The translations under genes were made by a program, and so were the position numbers. The notes under the pieces are model-generated. The model searched no databases, was not told where the DNA came from, and worked only from the letters and a program-made list of their open reading frames with translations. This document shows, piece by piece, positions 61,735 to 64,000 of a DNA stretch of 64,000 nucleotides. Location of the stretch: NCBI GenBank assembly GCA_016198585.1, contig JACQII010000016.1, forward strand, positions 88,932 through 152,931, given 5' to 3'. This DNA comes from Candidatus Aenigmatarchaeota archaeon. Lineage in GTDB: Archaea; Aenigmatarchaeota; Aenigmatarchaeia; QMZP01. Position 1 is the stretch's first letter. Every line of letters begins with the position of its first letter.

Positions 61735-62337
61735 ATGCAACAGCCCACCCAAGGCGCTGAAGCCGTCCTCACCGTTGAGGGCGGGGATGTGGTCAAGGAC
61801 CGGCAGCCGAAACGCTACCGGCTCCCTGCGCTGGATACGCAGCTCCGGCGCCGGCGCACCCGGGCGGAGGCCTCGATCATGGCCGACGCGGCCCGGGCAG
61901 GCGTCTTGGTGCCGCGCATCCGTGACGTCCAGGAGTCCGTGATCCGCATGGAGCGGATCGCAGGCCCGCGACTGAAGGAGGCGCTGGACGCGCTCCCCGA
62001 AGCAGCTCGGTACGAGGCCGTCCGCCAGGTAGGCGAGACCGTGGCCCAGTTGCACGCCGCAGGCATCATGCACGGCGACCTAACGACCTCCAACATGATT
62101 TATAAGGACGGACGCCTCTATCTCATAGACTTCGGACTGGCAAAGCGGACGGCGAAGGTCGAGGACCTCGCCAGCGACCTCTTCCTCCTCCATGAAGCCC
62201 TCACCGCGAGCCATGTGGCCCTCGGGGAGGCTGCCTGGGAAGGGGTTTTAAAAGCTTATAAGAGAAAATATCCGAATGCCAGCGCCGTGCTGGCCCAACT
62301 GGAGAAGATCCGCAAGCGGCGACGATATAGGGAATGA
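61735..62337 (+). CDS. bud32: Bud32/Kae1-associated kinase (KEOPS subunit, RIO-type)
   Basis: QGAEAVLT, the catalytic loop HGDLTTSNMI and LIDFGLA are present in a 200-aa protein. Confidence 0.8.
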   Translation: MQQPTQGAEAVLTVEGGDVVKDRQPKRYRLPALDTQLRRRRTRAEASIMADAARAGVLVPRIRDVQESVIRMERIAGPRLKEALDALPEAARYEAVRQVGETVAQLHAAGIMHGDLTTSNMIYKDGRLYLIDFGLAKRTAKVEDLASDLFLLHEALTASHVALGEAAWEGVLKAYKRKYPNASAVLAQLEKIRKRRRYRE

Positions 62338-62339
62338 CT

Positions 62340-63044
62340 ATGGAACGGAGACGTGGCAGAGATCGCAGGCGGGATGACCGCCGACGGGATCGCGAAGAGG
62401 TGAAGCCCTGGACCCCCAGGACTGACCTGGGCCGCGCCGTCCAGAAGGGCGAGATCACTTCGGTCGTGGATATCCTGAACAAGGGCGGGGTCATCCTCGA
62501 GCCCGAGATCATCGACGCGCTCATTCCGAACCTCAAGGAAGAGGTCATCTACATCGGCGGCTCCCCGGGAAAGGGCGGCGGCATCCGACGGACCGCGACC
62601 AAGCGGACCGTCCGCATGCACAAGTCCGGCAGGCGCTACACGCTCTCCGCGGTGGTCGCAGTCGGCGACGGCCTGGGCATCGTCGGCCTGGGCAAGGCCG
62701 CCTCGAAGGAGCACCGCACGGCCCTCGAGAAGGCGACGCTCCAAGCGAAGCTCAACGTCATCCACGTCCGGAAGGGCTGCGGTAGCTGGGAATGCGCCTG
62801 CGGCAGCAGCCACAGCATCCCGTTCCGCACTGAGGCTTCCTGCGGATCGATCCGGGTCGCACTCCTCCCGGGACCGAAAGGCCTCGGCCTGGTGGCCAAC
62901 CCCACCGTCCGCCAGATCCTCAGCCTCGCCGGCATCAAGGACATCTGGGTCAAGACCTCCGGCAACACCGGCGCGCGCGGCAACCTGGTCTACGCGGTGT
63001 TCGACGCGCTGAACAAGCTGAACGGGACCAAGGGGGATATCTGA
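62340..63044 (+). CDS. rps5: 30S ribosomal protein S5
   Basis: There is an Arg-rich N-terminus. The S5 dsRBD and C-terminal domain are present (GRRYTLSAVVAVGDGLGIVGLGKAASKE...GSIRVALLPGPKGLGLVA). Confidence 0.85.
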   Translation: MERRRGRDRRRDDRRRDREEVKPWTPRTDLGRAVQKGEITSVVDILNKGGVILEPEIIDALIPNLKEEVIYIGGSPGKGGGIRRTATKRTVRMHKSGRRYTLSAVVAVGDGLGIVGLGKAASKEHRTALEKATLQAKLNVIHVRKGCGSWECACGSSHSIPFRTEASCGSIRVALLPGPKGLGLVANPTVRQILSLAGIKDIWVKTSGNTGARGNLVYAVFDALNKLNGTKGDI

Positions 63045-63373
63045 TGTTCGCCATCGTCCGGATCCGGGCCACCGTGAACCGCAACCAGCGAATCGAAGAC
63101 ACCCTGCGGATGCTGGGCCTCCACCGGGCCAACCGCTGCGCCCTCCACCCCGACACCCCCACCGTCCGGGGGATGATCAGGAAGGTTGAGAATTGGGTGA
63201 CCTGGGGCGAGGTCGACCGCGAGCTGGAGAAGACCCTCGAAGCGCGCGGCGGCCGCAACATCCGGCTCCCGCCCCCGTCCAGGGGCTACCGCTCCATGAA
63301 GTTCATGTTCCCGAAGGGCAGCCTCGGCTACCGCGGGGAGAAGATCAACGACCTGCTCCGGAGGATGGTATGA
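63044..63373 (+). CDS. rpl30: 50S ribosomal protein L30
   Basis: MFAIVRIRATVNRNQRIEDTLRMLGLHRANRCAL is a typical L30 N-terminus. Confidence 0.85.
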   Translation: MFAIVRIRATVNRNQRIEDTLRMLGLHRANRCALHPDTPTVRGMIRKVENWVTWGEVDRELEKTLEARGGRNIRLPPPSRGYRSMKFMFPKGSLGYRGEKINDLLRRMV

Positions 63374-63834
63374 AGGACGCGACCCTGTGCTACATCATGG
63401 ACCGCGACCGCATCCTGCTGCAGAAGAAGGCCGCGGGCTTCGGCGCAGGCAAATGGAACGCCCCGGGCGGGAAGATCCGTCCAGGGGAGTCGCCTGAGCG
63501 GGCCGCCGTCCGCGAGGTCCAGGAAGAGACCGGCCTCCGCGTGGATGGAATGGAGCAGATGGGCGTCCTCAACTTCCTCGAGAAGGACGGCGACGCCATC
63601 GGCCACTTCTTCACCGTCCACGTCTTCAAGGTCGACCATTTCTCCGGCCAACCCCAGGAGAGCCGGGAAGGCCCGCTGGAGTGGTTCACACAGGACCACC
63701 TCCCCTACGACCAGATGTGGGAGGACGACCGGATCTGGCTGCCGGCTATGCTCCGCGGGGAGAAGTTCCGCGGCGATTTCCTCTTTGACAAGGGGTTCCA
63801 GAAGATGCTGGACCATCACCTGGTGAAAGTATGA
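63370..63834 (+). CDS. NUDIX hydrolase (MutT-like) embedded in the ribosomal operon
   Basis: The Nudix box is GGKIRPGESPERAAVREVQEETGL. The start overlaps the rpl30 stop and the stop overlaps the rpl15 start. Confidence 0.8.
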   Translation: MKDATLCYIMDRDRILLQKKAAGFGAGKWNAPGGKIRPGESPERAAVREVQEETGLRVDGMEQMGVLNFLEKDGDAIGHFFTVHVFKVDHFSGQPQESREGPLEWFTQDHLPYDQMWEDDRIWLPAMLRGEKFRGDFLFDKGFQKMLDHHLVKV

Positions 63835-64000
63835 GAGGCAAGCGCGAAGGCATGCGGGGACGGCGGACACACGGCCACGGCAGCCACAAGAAGTGGCGCG
63901 GCGCGGGCAGCCGCGGTGGCCACGGTTTCGCCGGGTCATTCAAGCACAAGCGCCTCTGGGTTCTCCGCCACCATCCCGAGCACCTCGAGAAGAAGAAGTT
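63831..64000 (+). CDS. rpl15: 50S ribosomal protein L15 (N-terminal part, truncated by the window end)
   Basis: MRGKREGMRGRRTHGHGSHKKWRGAGSRGGHGFAGSFKHKR... is a Gly/Arg-rich L15 N-terminus. Confidence 0.75.
   Translation, partial: MRGKREGMRGRRTHGHGSHKKWRGAGSRGGHGFAGSFKHKRLWVLRHHPEHLEKKK

Overview
The window is GC-rich (~63% GC) archaeal chromosomal DNA. Archaeal markers include ribosomal proteins L44e, S27e, L18e, S5, L30 and L15, aIF2alpha, aIF5B, SRP54, prefoldin alpha, Pth2, Bud32, Hel308, archaeal-type LeuRS and ProRS, class-III-signal pilins, and A/T-rich TATA boxes ('TATTTAAATA'-like) 20-30 nt upstream of mostly leaderless start codons. I do not assign a lineage.

The backbone is a mosaic of translation and replication housekeeping genes: aaRS genes, a fragmented ribosomal-protein cluster, PriS, a GINS subunit, RNase HI, tRNase Z, and two intron-containing tRNAs. 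Mixed in are an ABC transporter operon, a TCA-type operon (ICDH-like, citrate synthase, MDH, SdhA-like, with a LeuCD-like hydratase and a fumarase/aspartase nearby), an extracytoplasmic thiol-disulfide oxidoreductase operon, and a type-IV-pilus-like locus.

Several small islets stand out by composition or content:
- a ~1.3 kb low-GC gene abutting tRNA-Gly;
- a low-GC YdeI-family gene flanked by two similar hairpin repeats;
- a low-GC islet next to ProRS holding a tandem-duplicated Lrp/AsnC regulator and two tandem paralogous proteins of unknown function;
- a locus of tiny acidic proteins with TATA-proximal TGM-like palindromes, followed by an HExxH protein and a poly-Gly membrane protein;
- a 768-aa secreted Cys-rich protein carrying a Kazal-type domain;
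- a PriS fused to a PriL-CTD-like Cys4 domain.

Three TrmB-family regulator paralogs occur in the window. Many long ORFs in the supplied track are antisense or alternate-frame shadows typical of high-GC DNA and were rejected. The ORF track treats GTG and TTG starts as M, so several starts were re-placed at internal ATGs positioned after TATA boxes.
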